Source: Klebsormidium nitens
Taxonomy: Eukaryota > Plantae > Klebsormidiophyceae
Reading direction: 5' to 3'
Length of the DNA stretch: 64,000 bases
NCBI GenBank assembly: GCA_000708835.1
Contig: DF237030.1
Span: forward strand, 163,907 to 227,906
Shown here: in pieces, positions 1 to 18,664 of the stretch
Layout: each line of letters begins with the position of its first letter
Numbering within the stretch: position 1 is the first letter of the stretch
Notes under the pieces: model-generated
Databases searched by the model: none
What the model was told of the DNA's origin: nothing
The model's input: the letters and a program-made list of their open reading frames with translations, nothing else
Made by a program: the position numbers and the translations under genes

Positions 1-225
1 ATTCAGTCAAGCACAAATACACAACCACCACCATGACGAACATACCTTGGAAGCTGCCCTGCGATCTCTCAAAGTTGTCCTCCTCAGTAAAGATGGATGC
101 GGTTGCATCACGGACAAGCGCAACCGCTGTCCCCGATGATGATTGGATGGGCCACCATATAGTTTGTGACTCCTGCACGTTGAAGAAGAGAAAAGGAACT
201 TGCAGAACCTGAAAGTTTTCCCAAC

Positions 226-360
226 GTGAAAAGAATGTCGAAGGAAACAGCTTGTGATTGTCACTTCAAGATGTGCGTGGTGCTGGTGCTGAACGGCCAG
301 CTTTGGCTGTCTTACAAGTGGATTATAGCTGCAGCAACTAGCAGCCATCACGTGATCCAA
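226..360 (+). mobile_element. Possible relic of a Mutator/FAR1-type transposase N-terminal zinc domain
   Basis: The + frame reads RMSKETACDCHFKMCVVLVLNGQLWLSYKWIIAAATSSHHV, resembling the R-x-S-K-x-T-x-C...W-x-I...H-x-H pattern of MULE/FAR1 DNA-binding domains. No catalytic domain or TIRs found; motif-level resemblance only. Confidence 0.25.
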
Positions 361-1073
361 TTTTTGAGACAGGGCTTTTTAGTATCGAGCGTGGCCAGGA
401 CCAGTCATTTGCGCGTTTTGCATTGCATGCTCCATGTAAGCCCCCATCACATGAGGGGCGGTTCTCAAGACCGGTCCAACACATAACCTCTTACAGAACA
501 ATCCTTACCTCACCACCGTCTTGAGCAAGCTCTGTGTGCTCAAATATTTCGTATAGAAGACGCGCGTCAGCAGCCATTCCTGGAATCTGGGGCTGCACAA
601 GGGGCTGCTCTACCTATTAATATTGTACTACATTGGTTTCAAGGGCGGCCTGGCCTTGAAAACAAAGGAAGCTAGAGTGTGGAGCCGGGGGCATCCGCCA
701 CCTTTGAACTTCGTGCCTTCGCAAGGCACCACGTTTGAATATTTCACTGTGAGTTTGAGCAATTTTCTCGTGCTGAGTTTTTCCGCTGTCCGAGGCAGGC
801 ACGCGGAGGCCCGCTTACGCTAGATTCTGAAAGCCCGTGATGCTTGACACTGCTTGCACTTCTGCCATGAGACAATGTAGGTAGGTACCTCTGCTGCATG
901 CAGAACTCTACTAGCGCATGAGCTAGGGAGGCAGTTGAGGCAATCCAGCAAGCTTCTGCATTTCAGGACCATGGCTCCCGGTTATCTAGGCAACTTGTTG
1001 TTCTACATATTCTGATTTGTGAAGTAGCACCCTCACTTGGGCGGTCGAACGGCGGCCCTCCTTGTCTGCAGGC

Positions 1074-3656
1074 ATGGGGGTACTACCAGTTGTCAACTTT
1101 GTTTTCATGCGGTATGGCAGGGAGGTCGAACGCCGGAGGATAGCTGTTGCCCCAAGCACCACCCTTGGGAGCCTGAAGGTACAGTGGGCGAATAGAGCCC
1201 CGCAGAAGTATCCTGCAGGACTCAGTTGTTATTATGTGAACGTTGAATTGCCAGATGAGTGGCATCCTGCAGCTGGGGAAACGTACACTGTCATTGCTGC
1301 AGATAGGAGCGATGCGCTGAGAAGAGTCGCTGAGGACGCATCGCAGATTCACCACAAAATCATCAATGCTGGCAGAAAGGATGGGGAAGACGGAGTGTCT
1401 GGCCTCCATGGTTGGCAAGTGCTTTATGCTCCGCAAGGGTTCAATCAGGACGGCCGCTTTCAAAAGGCTGGAGAAGCCAATGCTTATTGGGTGCTCCATA
1501 GGGAGTCGTTTGATGCTCTTGAGAGCGAGGTCCAGGGACTCCTCTTCGATTCACGTCCTTCTAGGAGCTCTTTCCTGTTGTGCGGCCCCATCGGCAAGAG
1601 TCACTGGGTCCTGGCATTTGTTAACAGCCTCATTAGAAGAGCTCATGACCGGTTGGTGGAGAACGAACAGCTGAAACGGGGGAGCGAACCTGCTGGAAAA
1701 ACAGGACGAGAAGTCCGCTTTCGAGTAGTTCCGGTCCTGGACTGTCGAGAACTGCAGCACAACTTCACGCTGGCACTTGTAAGGGGGTTGTCCATAGCTT
1801 TTGGAGATGATCAGCAAGCACTTGATGAGATCTGCCAACTAGAGACTGCAAAGCAGTTCCGAAGCTTTGTGGCTTGTCAGCCAGCAAGGGTGCTCTTTGT
1901 GCTCGACCAGTACGAGTGTGTCCTCGAACCGGGCAACGACACTCTGAAAGGATAAGTGGAGACGCTCTTGTTTGATCAGAGGTCTTTGCTCGTTGCTAGT
2001 GCTAGCAGTATGGCAGTGAGAAAGTTGGTTTCAGCTTCTCACAAGTACCACAAGTGGGTCCAGCTCGACCCCGCTCTCACAAAGGTAAGAATTACCCATT
2101 ACTAAATCCCAATTACCCTTGACTAAATCCCAAACAACAATCTTGAAAACTTGCATTACGTTCTTCTCTGGGCGGCCTTCATCTGGTGGTGGGATTGATC
2201 CACCAACAATTCCCCTCCTGACTCGATCTATTGTGTCTCGTTTGCAACCAATCAAGGGGCAACGGAGTACAGATTTTGTCGGCAATCATTCGCGCGAGAT
2301 GCTTTACCACTATCTTTGTCACAGACACGCTCTCATCAACTGTCTTTAGAGATCTGGCTGCTGTCTTGGTGGCCTGCGGCTGCTTCCATGACCGTTGACT
2401 CGAAAAGTGTCTGACGTTTACGACTGCGTTCAGCACAAGATGCTTGGCGCCACCAAGTTGCCCCTCATGTTTTGCCTAATCATGTGGGATAAGGACACCC
2501 TTCTGACTGCTCCAACTGACCGCAACTTATCCATTTGCAGAAGGACCTGTTTGCTTGGAACCTGGTGTTTGGGACGAAGGCCGTGCTAACCGAGGAGCGA
2601 TACCGGGACTGGCTGGAAATCCTGGACAGGAACCCGCTTCTGCTACATGCATGGTACACGACATGCAGGGAGGCAGGGGTACCCGTGCGGAGTATCGAGG
2701 GTAAAAGTGAGGAGGAGGCGGCTGAAATATTGGAACAGGTCAGTCATGAAGGATGTCGTTACATAAGCAGTGGCAATTGTTGATGATATGCTTTTGCCCT
2801 TGTAATGATTGGTAGATCTTGAAAAAGGTTTTTGAAAGGAGAATCTTTGAGCGTCTGGCATGCCACTGTGAACCAGTCACAGCCCTGCGCCCTTCACTTT
2901 TCTATCCATGAACGACGGATTGTTCCAGCATTTCTACAGGTCTGCTAATCCGGGGCCGTTCAGAAGTTCCAACGCTTCTGATTGTTTGATGGGCTGGTCT
3001 ATCTTGACGCTGTCCATCGTCTGATTCAGGCTTCGCGAGCAGCAAGGGCGGAGGTGGATGTCGAGGGTTCGGCGGGGGAAGTCTCTACAGGGATTGAATG
3101 CGGTGGATGAGATAGAAAAAACGGGGCCGAGCAGGCGTTCAAGAACCAGACTAACTCTTCGAGAAAGCGGCAGCGCTATGAAAAGGGTTTGGTAGAAGAT
3201 TACGGGGAATGGTCTGCTGAGGGGCGGAAGCCAGAGGCATGGCAACCAGGCCTTGGCCAATCGAAGCCTATCAGGGAGCCACGAGAGTTATCTGGTGAAG
3301 CAGCCTCAGGGGGAGGGGACGAGGGGATGTCTCGATGGCCTTCCTTTGAGGATCTGCATGCAAGGTTCCTTCAGCATGAAAACGTGCAACAAATATATGC
3401 CGGTTTCCAGAGAAGCTATGCAGAGGCAAAGAGCGAAGGAGAATTCTCGGTTAAAACGTGGAAGACGACGCACCTGGACCTACTGATGAGCGGCGAAAAC
3501 TTTCAAAGGGTCAGTGGCATCGGCCGCATCTGTGGTCGGCACTTTGAGCTTGATAGGTCCGGGTTTCGAGCCAGACCTACGAGCACTTTGGTGAGGAAGT
3601 TCTTGGCGCGATTCCTAGAGCAAATAGCAGAGAGCGGGGACGACACTTCTGACTGA
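1074..3656 (+). pseudogene. Crinkler/CR-type P-loop NTPase gene, disrupted by premature stops
   Basis: Exons about 1072-2084, 2541-2738 and 2940-3656 with canonical phase-0 GT-AG junctions. Shortened Walker A (LCGPIGKSH), RVVPVLDCREL, AFGDD, Walker B (LFVLDQYE), LLVASAS and an RNPLLL motif. In-frame stops at 1953, 2946, 2979 and 3108 within one continuous frame. Confidence 0.65.
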
Positions 3657-3718
3657 GTCCGACATTGTTAGCTTTTGGATTAGTCAAAATCAAATACCTG
3701 GGCCCGTGGCGGTGACCG

Positions 3719-3960
3719 GTGCAAGATCGAGATCATCTTGCTTCGACTTTTGTTTTATGCGATGTGGGTTTGGGCCAACCTCTGAAAGGTTTCCAGCACT
3801 GGCAACAAGCATACCTTGTAATCCATTTTGTGGAAAGGTTTCGACAAGCGGTGCGCGTGTTTGAGGGGACAACGACGTACATGGAGCTTCGTATATGTAT
3901 ATCCATGGCATCATCTCTCCGCGAGGCTCGCGGCTGCGCCATGGGCCGCATATCATATAT
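3719..3960 (+). mobile_element. Relic fragment of a pogo/DDE_1-like transposase C-terminal region
   Basis: Translation LCDVGLGQPLKGFQHWQQAYLV...TTYMELR resembles the QP(L/C)DVGxxxP(L/F)K motif of pogo/Tigger transposases. Short, degenerate, no TIRs identified. Confidence 0.35.
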
Positions 3961-5025
3961 GACTGCTACTAGCAGGCATGCAAAGAGCTGACGGTCACTA
4001 TGATAAGATGAGGTGCTTTCAGATATCAGGTTTTGCACGGCCCGCGTGCAGCCGTCATTCGAGTTTATACGTCTCAATGCATGTGCTAATATATATACAA
4101 ACCAGGCGCCATGAAAGTCCAAGAGTCATGCATGATCCCAGATGAAGCGCTTAATCCCGGCAGACGTGCCCCGCCCAACTCAACTTTTATATAGCTAACT
4201 AGAGTGCATGACAGCGAGCATGTCACTGATACTAGACGATCCGGCAGAATGATGACGGTGGTCACTACAATATAAATCGCCGGGCCGGCGGTATGGCCCA
4301 ACAGCCTGTCAAGCATGCCCGTTCTCGCGCCACCACCTTGAGTCTAGTATAAGATTTAAGACTTCCGACGGTGGGCCCGAGTCAAAATCTTACAATACCC
4401 TTCTAGTGTTTGTCGATCCTGCCCTGCCGCCGCATCCTTCAATGCAACATGGGGTTATGAAGGATCACGACCAATCGATTGACGTTGCCGTCATAAGCTT
4501 ATTGCAGTTTCGATTCTCAGAGCGAGTCTGTAAGACCTGGTGAATTCCTCCATATTCTCGACGATCGGACGACAACTAGCGCTATATATACCTTCCGACC
4601 GTATGAGGCTGTAGAAGTCTTGAGAATGTTCCCAGTGCGTTCAAACGACCGCTTCCTGCACTGGCCAGCCTCCAAATCTAAAAACTTTCTTGCGGCATAT
4701 ACAAGATTCGTTTTTGCGCATTATGCGTGCTTGAATTACAACATCTTTGCCCGCATTCATTTGTGGACAACACAATTGGTCTGTTCAACCCAAAAGCACA
4801 GGAATCAACCAGTTGCCTAAGAAAACTACGTGTTGAGGTCGTCGACTGCTTCCCCTGCAACAGCAAGCGACGCGTTACCGGTCAGTATGATGCCTGGCTA
4901 CTAACTTGCCATTGACATATCAAGCGGGCCCGACACTATCTCGCGTGAATCAAACCAGTGGGGCATTGAGGCTTTCAACGACAGCTTTCGAATATGGTGA
5001 CCGAGGATTGTTAGGGGGAACGCCG

Positions 5026-11593
<6,568 letters not shown>

Positions 11594-12387
11594 AGCGGAC
11601 TCCCTTCAAGAAGATGGCGCTCGTGAAAGCCTTGGAAAGATCCTGTGAAGAAAAGCAAGGAGCAAAGCTGTTTTGGAGCTGATCCAAAGACTTTGGCCTG
11701 TGCAAAATGAGGGGCAAAATGAGGTGCACACGGCAGGGGAGATTCGGAATCAGGGCAACGTAGCAGAGACCGCCAGGTGTCCACCAGAATACGGCAGACG
11801 CTTCTTTGAGTGCCATTTGTCGTTCTCGTAGTGGCGTGAAGACATATGGTCATTGAGACTCTACAAGCCGTCGATTGTATTGCTCTGCAAGGTGTGCGTA
11901 TCGCATCGCACGGTGCAGATGCTGGGTGGCGTTCGCAAACAAAACCCACCGGTTACGCGCGTTGTTTAACCTGAAGCGAACTTTGGCCGCCTTTTTCGAC
12001 TTTGAAATTCTCAGCCATCATCTTTTCTCAGATTGCCTGGGCGGCGCCTGTCAGTGTCAGTGTAAGTAGTCCATCTTTGTCACACATCCAGCGTTGCTGC
12101 AGCAGATTGCAGCAGCATTGCGGCATTTCAATTGCGCAGCACGAGCAAGTCACATAGGCAGCATTGCATATTTGCAGGGTGTTTGTGTCTTGTGCGATCG
12201 CCAGTTTTCTTTGTCTGTTGCACTCCAATCACAAGATGCTTGTTCATCTATCGGTTTGGTTTCTGCGGAGCGCGGCACTTGTGACCGCCATTCCCCTAAT
12301 GCTGAGGGGGGTGGTTCGCTTATGGCATCAGGGGATGGATCTCTTAACCATCTGGAGGACGGCAGGGCCCGCCCTGGCCTCTCACAT

Positions 12388-12411
12388 TAGGGTTTCACGA
12401 AATTAGGGTTT
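12388..12411 (+). promoter_or_regulatory. Pair of telo-box motifs (TAGGGTTT) in the BAM2/DRC5 divergent promoter
   Basis: TAGGGTTT at 12388-12395 and 12404-12411, next to the GC-rich gggcccgccc, about 200 bp upstream of the DRC5 ATG. Function is inferred from plant telo-box/site II knowledge. Confidence 0.4.
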
Positions 12412-12603
12412 GAACAAGATCCTGCTCACCAACAATCCAAAGAAGCAATTTCACAACGGCATCAGTGGCTCAAGCAAGCTATCCTTACGTACTCAAGCAG
12501 CGAGTGGGTGATCAGAGGCGGAAGCCTTGAGAGAACGAAATCATGCAATCAAGTAGGGAGGGCACATGATGATCATTCTTTAGAGAGAGTAACCATCCTA
12601 GCA

Positions 12604-15600
12604 ATGGCAGAACCGCGCCTCAGTGAGAGTGGGGCCCCCATCCCCCAGGAGAAGCCCGCCACTCCGGGCCTCTCTCGACTCAGCACCTCTCGTTCCCCGC
12701 CCCCAGACAACCCCACGTCAGAGGCTTCTAGAAAAGCCACCCCCACGCCACCACCTGGAACCGCCCCAGGCACTCAGAGCAACCCCTTCTCACGCCTCAG
12801 GTCTCTCTCCCGGCGGCCGTCCACCCAGCCAGGCCCTGCCGGGGGCGACGCAGACGAATTAGCAGGGAGCAATGGGGCGGCCGAGCGGGAAACAAGGCCC
12901 CAGCGGCCATTTATCGTGCCCCAGCTGACAGAGCTGTGCGTGAACACGATTTCGGCCAGCTTTGAGCAGCGACCGACGTTTGGGAAGATGCCGGACAAGT
13001 TTGTGAAAGCCGTGACGAAGCGGGTGGCGCTGGATCTGCCGCTGGAAGTGGCGGGCCAGGTGAGGGCTGTGAGCTGAGATAAACGATGATCGCTCGAGGA
13101 TTGAGCTGGTCACTAGATGATCAAAGAGCATACGGCAGAATATGCCAGCTGACTCTCAATTTTCTTTCACCATTCCGTTCACTGTCGAAGTGTTATTGTG
13201 AGCTGCAGGGTTGTTATGAAAGGGAGATGAGGACGAGCAAGTTTGATCATAATGAAGGACTCGGGGTTGCTAGACGTCGAGGTCGATCAGGACCATCAGG
13301 ATCCTGATGTATGCCAGAGTAACGAGACCTTGCTCTGCACCTTTTTGATTGCTGATCATCGAACCCAGCTCAGTCCCGAATAAAAACTTACAGAAGCCAC
13401 CAGGAAAGTCCACAATAAAGCTGTCTTATCAATAGAGGGTGGCTTACAACTTAGCATAGGGTCAACATGTTAGCTTATCTTTCATATCTGCCGCAGGCCA
13501 ATAACGAACAGCTTGCTTCTACCAATTATTGAGCTTTCATTCCCTCCACCACATCAACTTGCATATACGATGTTCAATCAGTTGCTTGAACAGGCGCCAT
13601 GATCCATGCCGGTTTGCGCAGCGAATGCAGAGAATCTGTCTTCGGCCGAGCAATTGTCACTCAGCTCGTTTATGGTTGAGCCTGATTGTTCCTTTTACGT
13701 AAGTGGAACACGGAACAGACTTTGAGGATCCAGATAGACCTTCATCCTGTCGATCTCTCCAGCTGATCGAGGATGAGGACTACTGGCGCAGGCGCACTGC
13801 GCTGCGGTGGCGCAACTGCGACGTGAGTGTCCTGGGAAAGACGTGGAAGCAGCTCTATATGGAGCGGAACCTAGAAGCTGCCCTCGAAAGGTGAGGCTCT
13901 GTTTATTCACCCTTTTTTGGACACTTTGTCTTACTGTGCCGTTTGTAGCGAATGCTAGTTCGGCTCGGCGATGCACCTAGCGGTGAGCTGCTTCAATTGC
14001 GGGCCAGGTGGGTATCAGAAACCGAGCCCGTAGGAACGCAAGCAGAACGGGAAGATTTCCAGCTGCTTTCCTTCCGAGGTCGTGCAAAACAGTGTTGAGA
14101 TTCGAAGCCGCACCTTAAACTGAGGACTGTCTACGTCAAGCGTCTGCTTTTCCTAAACGGGGGTATTTTTGAGCTTCCCTTCTACTCTGGGTGCACCAGG
14201 ACTCGAGCGTTAGTGGGCAGGGTAATCTGCTTGGAGCAGCTGACCATCTTGAGCCCGGACCTGGCATCGAAGCAGCTCGGAAGCCTGCTTTAGGCTGACA
14301 GAAAATGAGCCCGGAATGACTTTCGAACCAGCTTCGAAGCCTGCTGAAAGGAACCATGATCGATTCGAGCTTGCTCGTTCTTTGATGTTGTGCTGATGCA
14401 AAAGATCGATGTTGCGCGCTTCGACCGGAATTTCTTCCAAATACCGCAAAGAATCCTGACCCTCATTCTTCCAGACGGTCGCCCTCTTCCAAATCGCTAA
14501 CCGTTATCTCAACAAGCCTCGCTTCGTAGCATCCGCTGCTTTCGTGAACATAGAGGAATGCACATGTTTCGAGAACATCATCCAGCCTCCTTGTAACGCC
14601 AAAGACTATTCGCCGCCGTTCCGGTTCGACTATCCGTTCCGCTTTGCAGTTACGACCCCGCCGTGACGGAACTGGAGTCCCTGCGGCAACTCGTCGCATT
14701 TGCGGCGCCCTTTGTGCAACAGCTGGTCATCAAGCAGCTGCCGTCGCACCTGGACCTGGGCATTCTTTTCGAGGGGTTCCTCGGAAAGTGAGCTCGTTTC
14801 ACTGCTGATTCTTGTCTGGTAAAAAGAAGAGTTAGCCATGTTCTTTCCCTCGGAGATTGAAAAGCTCTCGCCATATGTCCGCTGTAGAGGACACATTGGA
14901 GCTTCGCCAACCGAGGCTCCGCTTGGATCGGGGTTCTCGGAAAGACAGTCCTTTCCTCCTCACAGCAAACAGAACTCGTCCTCCCAATGCAGCGTTCTCC
15001 AGTCGCTGTCCGTTTCATACGGCCTCCGCAATGTGGGCATGGACTACACGAGCGACCTATTCGGCATGAAGCTGGCCGACTGCCGCGCGCTCGCGGCCGC
15101 GCTCCCGCGCGCGCGCGCGCTCACCGCCCTGGCGCTCGCGAACGACGTCCTGGACGACGACAAGGTCAAGGCGCTCGCGGCCGGGCTGGCCGACAACCGG
15201 ACGGTTACCAAGCTTGACCTGAGCCATAACAAGGTGGGTTCGCGACAGTAGCTGGTCAGGCGAAGTAACTGCGTCTAGTTTGCGGGAAAAACAGCGGTGA
15301 GACCCAACTCTGCAGAAGTCAGATGTTTCTGCTATGAAATCACGGTTTGCAACGAGAAGACAGAAGAGCACTAAATTTGGACTCTGTGTAACCCGGAAAA
15401 AGAATGAGGTTTCTCGACGATCGTTTCGGCCTAAATGGAGATGCCGGCTTTTGCAGGGCTGCACTCCTTTCAAGGAGATTTTGGATTAAGCAATTGCTTA
15501 TTGTAGGCTTTCCAGATAGAACTTTCAACATCGTAATGTTGCTCGCTATTTGGAAAGTTCATCTTCTTCGAGATCTGGCTCTTGACTTACAGACAAGGGC

Positions 15601-17472
15601 TGTTGGTTGCTGAGACGGACAATCCCGCGTAACCCCTCGTCCTTGAGATCGACGGTCCGCAGAATTCGAAGGATACGGGAATATCTACTGCTCTGACGTC
15701 CCTCATCATGGCAATCTGCAGATTGGGGACCGAGGGGCGCGCGCCCTCGCGAAGGCGCTCGATGAGAAGAGCGTCCTGACCACGCTCAACCTTTGCGACA
15801 ACAAAGTGGGAGCGGAGGGTGAGACCCCGACCGACATACTGAGAATGTAGAAGCACATGATTTGACATTATTTCCTCACAAGTCTCGACGGACTTTAGAT
15901 TTTCAGCGGATACTGAAGCTTCAAGCCGCTGAAGAGCAAGCGAACTAAGACCAATTCCCATCCTACCCTTATCTGCGCACTCAGTGTCGGCGATTAGGCT
16001 CTGCCTTGTCACTCTTTACGTTGTCACTTTTTGCGTACACCAGTTGCCTGCAAGTCTCGAACTCTGTATAACTGCTTAAGTGTCCTGACCGGGTGAAGAT
16101 TGTCCCCGCTCCAGGAGGCAAGGCGCTCGCGCGCGTGCTCCAGACCAGCCCCTCGCTGACGTCACTCAACCTTCGGCTGAACAGCCTGGGCGACGAAGGT
16201 GGCGCGCACATCGGGCAGGCGCTCGCCGAAAACAGCACACTGAAAGTGAGGATCCTGTCTTCTTCGAGACGTTTGCTTGAGACTTTCAGAACTCACTTCT
16301 GAACATTCTTGCAAAATTGTTTCCAGAAAAGATGGACGTAGGCAATGCTCTTGCAGAGAGTTCAGCTTTGTGTAGATGCTTGGTCGGAAGTCTGTCTAAC
16401 CTAGCTGTGGGACCTTGAAAACGAGAAGGCTTCTATCAGAGCGGACGGATGAGCTGCGCATCTGCAGCTTTGGCGGATGACAGTGACGACTGACTCGACT
16501 AACGTTTGGGAGGGAGTGCGCAGGCTCACGAATTTGACTCTAGGGCGTGTTGAGAAGCGCTCGCTTGAATTCACATGCTAAAACTCGGATGGCCACAGAT
16601 GATTGCCACCCGTCATCTCAATGCTCAGTAGAATCTCACGAATGCGAGAGATGCGACTTGCAAAGATTTGCTTTTCAAAGATTCTCACGACCTCTGCCGT
16701 CCGCTCGCTTCTGTGCCTTTTTTGTCAACCGCAACGTCATCGCCGTTGAGCATGACTGGTCAGTGCTCCTAACAGCCCGCCAATTGGCCCCCGAAAACCT
16801 CTCGACAAGGCCTAGTAGTCGGTCTTATGAAAGTAACACGAATGTTGCTCAAAGTTGTCCCCTTTTTCCTCGAACAGGCCTTGCATCTGGGCAGCAACTT
16901 TTTGGGCCGTGGAGCAATTGCCGCCATAGCCGACGCCCTCCAGACGAACAAGGCCCTCCCGCTGGCGTCATTGGACGTCACGTGTAACCCGGACATTGGC
17001 GTGGAAGGAGGGCAGCTCTTGAGAGAAGCGCTGGTGAGACCACGTGTCATCTTTCGGTTGGACTGATGTTGCTTTCGCAAGCACGGTCTGAGTGGCTTCG
17101 TTGCAATGGGCAGATCTCAAGATGAGGCGAGGGAGTAAACCGACTTTTAAGTGCAGCGCCTCAGAGACACGAGCGTTCACATCTAACGATGCAGGCTCGT
17201 CATTGGTGATTGAGCATTGACGACGGAGCGAGATTGTGTGATGTCACCTGCGCAACGCATCTAGCAGCTGGTTTTGCGCGCTTCTATGCTTATTCGGGGC
17301 AACGAGCTTTTTGTTGCAGTCTCAATGTTGAAGCCGCCTTGAGGAGCAGTCTGATTGCATTTTTCCGTTTGAGCAGGAACAAGCCACGAGTGTAAAAGAG
17401 TGCGACGTCAGGCTATCGAACATGGGGGAGGACACAGAAGCCGCGATTGCGGCATATGTAGAGTCTAGATAG
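12604..17472 (+). CDS. DRC5: Dynein regulatory complex subunit 5 (TCTE1-like LRR protein), about 480 aa
   Basis: 8 phase-consistent exons: 12604-13059, 13763-13890, 14650-14787, 14993-15233, 15722-15818, 16115-16245, 16878-17033, 17377-17472. Motifs VPQLTELC, IEDEDYWRR..LRW, KTWKQLYMERNL, QLPSHLD, YGLRNVGMDY..LFGMKLADC, followed by RI-like LRRs (LDLSHNKIGDRGA, LNLRLNSLGDEGG). Confidence 0.88.
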
Positions 17473-18664
17473 ATCAATTCCGGTAGTAGAGATCATTTAT
17501 GGTAGAACAAGTTTGGCGCGCAGCAGGCCCCTGTCTACGAAGCATTGGTTGGACATACAGGTAGACGTTAAGGCCAACGTACGGTTCTATAATGAGATAG
17601 GTTCATCCAAATAAGTGTGAAGGCTCTTTCCAAAAATTGCTTTGACCTCGCTTTGACCAACTGCTAGGACATGTGCAACAGGATTTACGAGCGGATAAAC
17701 AAGCCAAACAATTGGACACTTTAGCTGAGCAAGATTGTAAGCTGTATGATAGACCGGGTAAACGGCAGACGTTGAACGGGGATCCTTTTCAGACAATGCA
17801 CTTTCAGAGTCAATCCGATTGCAATCGAGTTTCATGACATTTTTCGTATCCCTGAATCCTGCTGGCCGGTGGAATTCTTAGACAAGTTATAACAGACTAC
17901 GAATGTGTTTATTTGCAATGGAGCTTGTCCCGGGTGCAGCCCTACGAGTGCCTCATGCAAGGTAAACCACATGCATTATGCAGATTGATTGAGTGATGCA
18001 CTCAGGTACGTACCGCGTTGACTGGTATCCGTCTTTGCTGGCAGTCTCATCATTACTCTCCAATGCACTGTACAGCCAACAATCATGATTCTCAGATTCT
18101 TGGAAAGGTAAAAACCTTGGACTCTGAACGGCTTGAAACCTTGGAGAGTTGGTAATTACGGAGGAAATTTCAAGTTTCAACTTCGGCAGATACGGAGATA
18201 CGCTTAAACTCGCGAATCCACTAACTTGAAGGCAAATGCCACAAACACATGTGTCATAGCCTATAGATACGGTACATCATACACATGTGACAAGCTTGAA
18301 TCGCTGTTTTCTTTGCGACGTCTCCATGGGGCCCAGATTCTCTCAGAATCTCTGTTTCTCTCTTTCTCTCTTTTCACTTGTTCCAGTTTCCTAGCTTTGC
18401 AGATGCCGAGCTCTCCAATTCTAAAATTTGGCTTTTTGAAATGATGCTCTTGAACAGCACAGCTTGCAAGGCGAGAGGTGGTCAGGCGTGCGGCGAAGCG
18501 TGAATGGTGGGGGAAGACTGAGTGATATTGAGTGAAAAAGCGGGCAGCATTGCTTCAGGGGCATCAACGAGAGAAGCAGGGGTAGGAGTAGGACTAGAAA
18601 TCTATAAGCTGGAAAAACCCCCGCCGTAGAAGATCTTTTCCTGAGTTGTTAGTCACTAAGTCAG

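Noticed and set aside
14900-14945. Possible echo of DRC5 exon 3 end (gggttctcggaaa)
   Set aside because: Only about 13 nt are similar; not clearly above chance.
17587-18180. Minus-strand coding-like fragments, including PFQESENHDCWLY (Ulp1-like)
   Set aside because: A single loose motif with no His/Asp triad context; cannot be supported.
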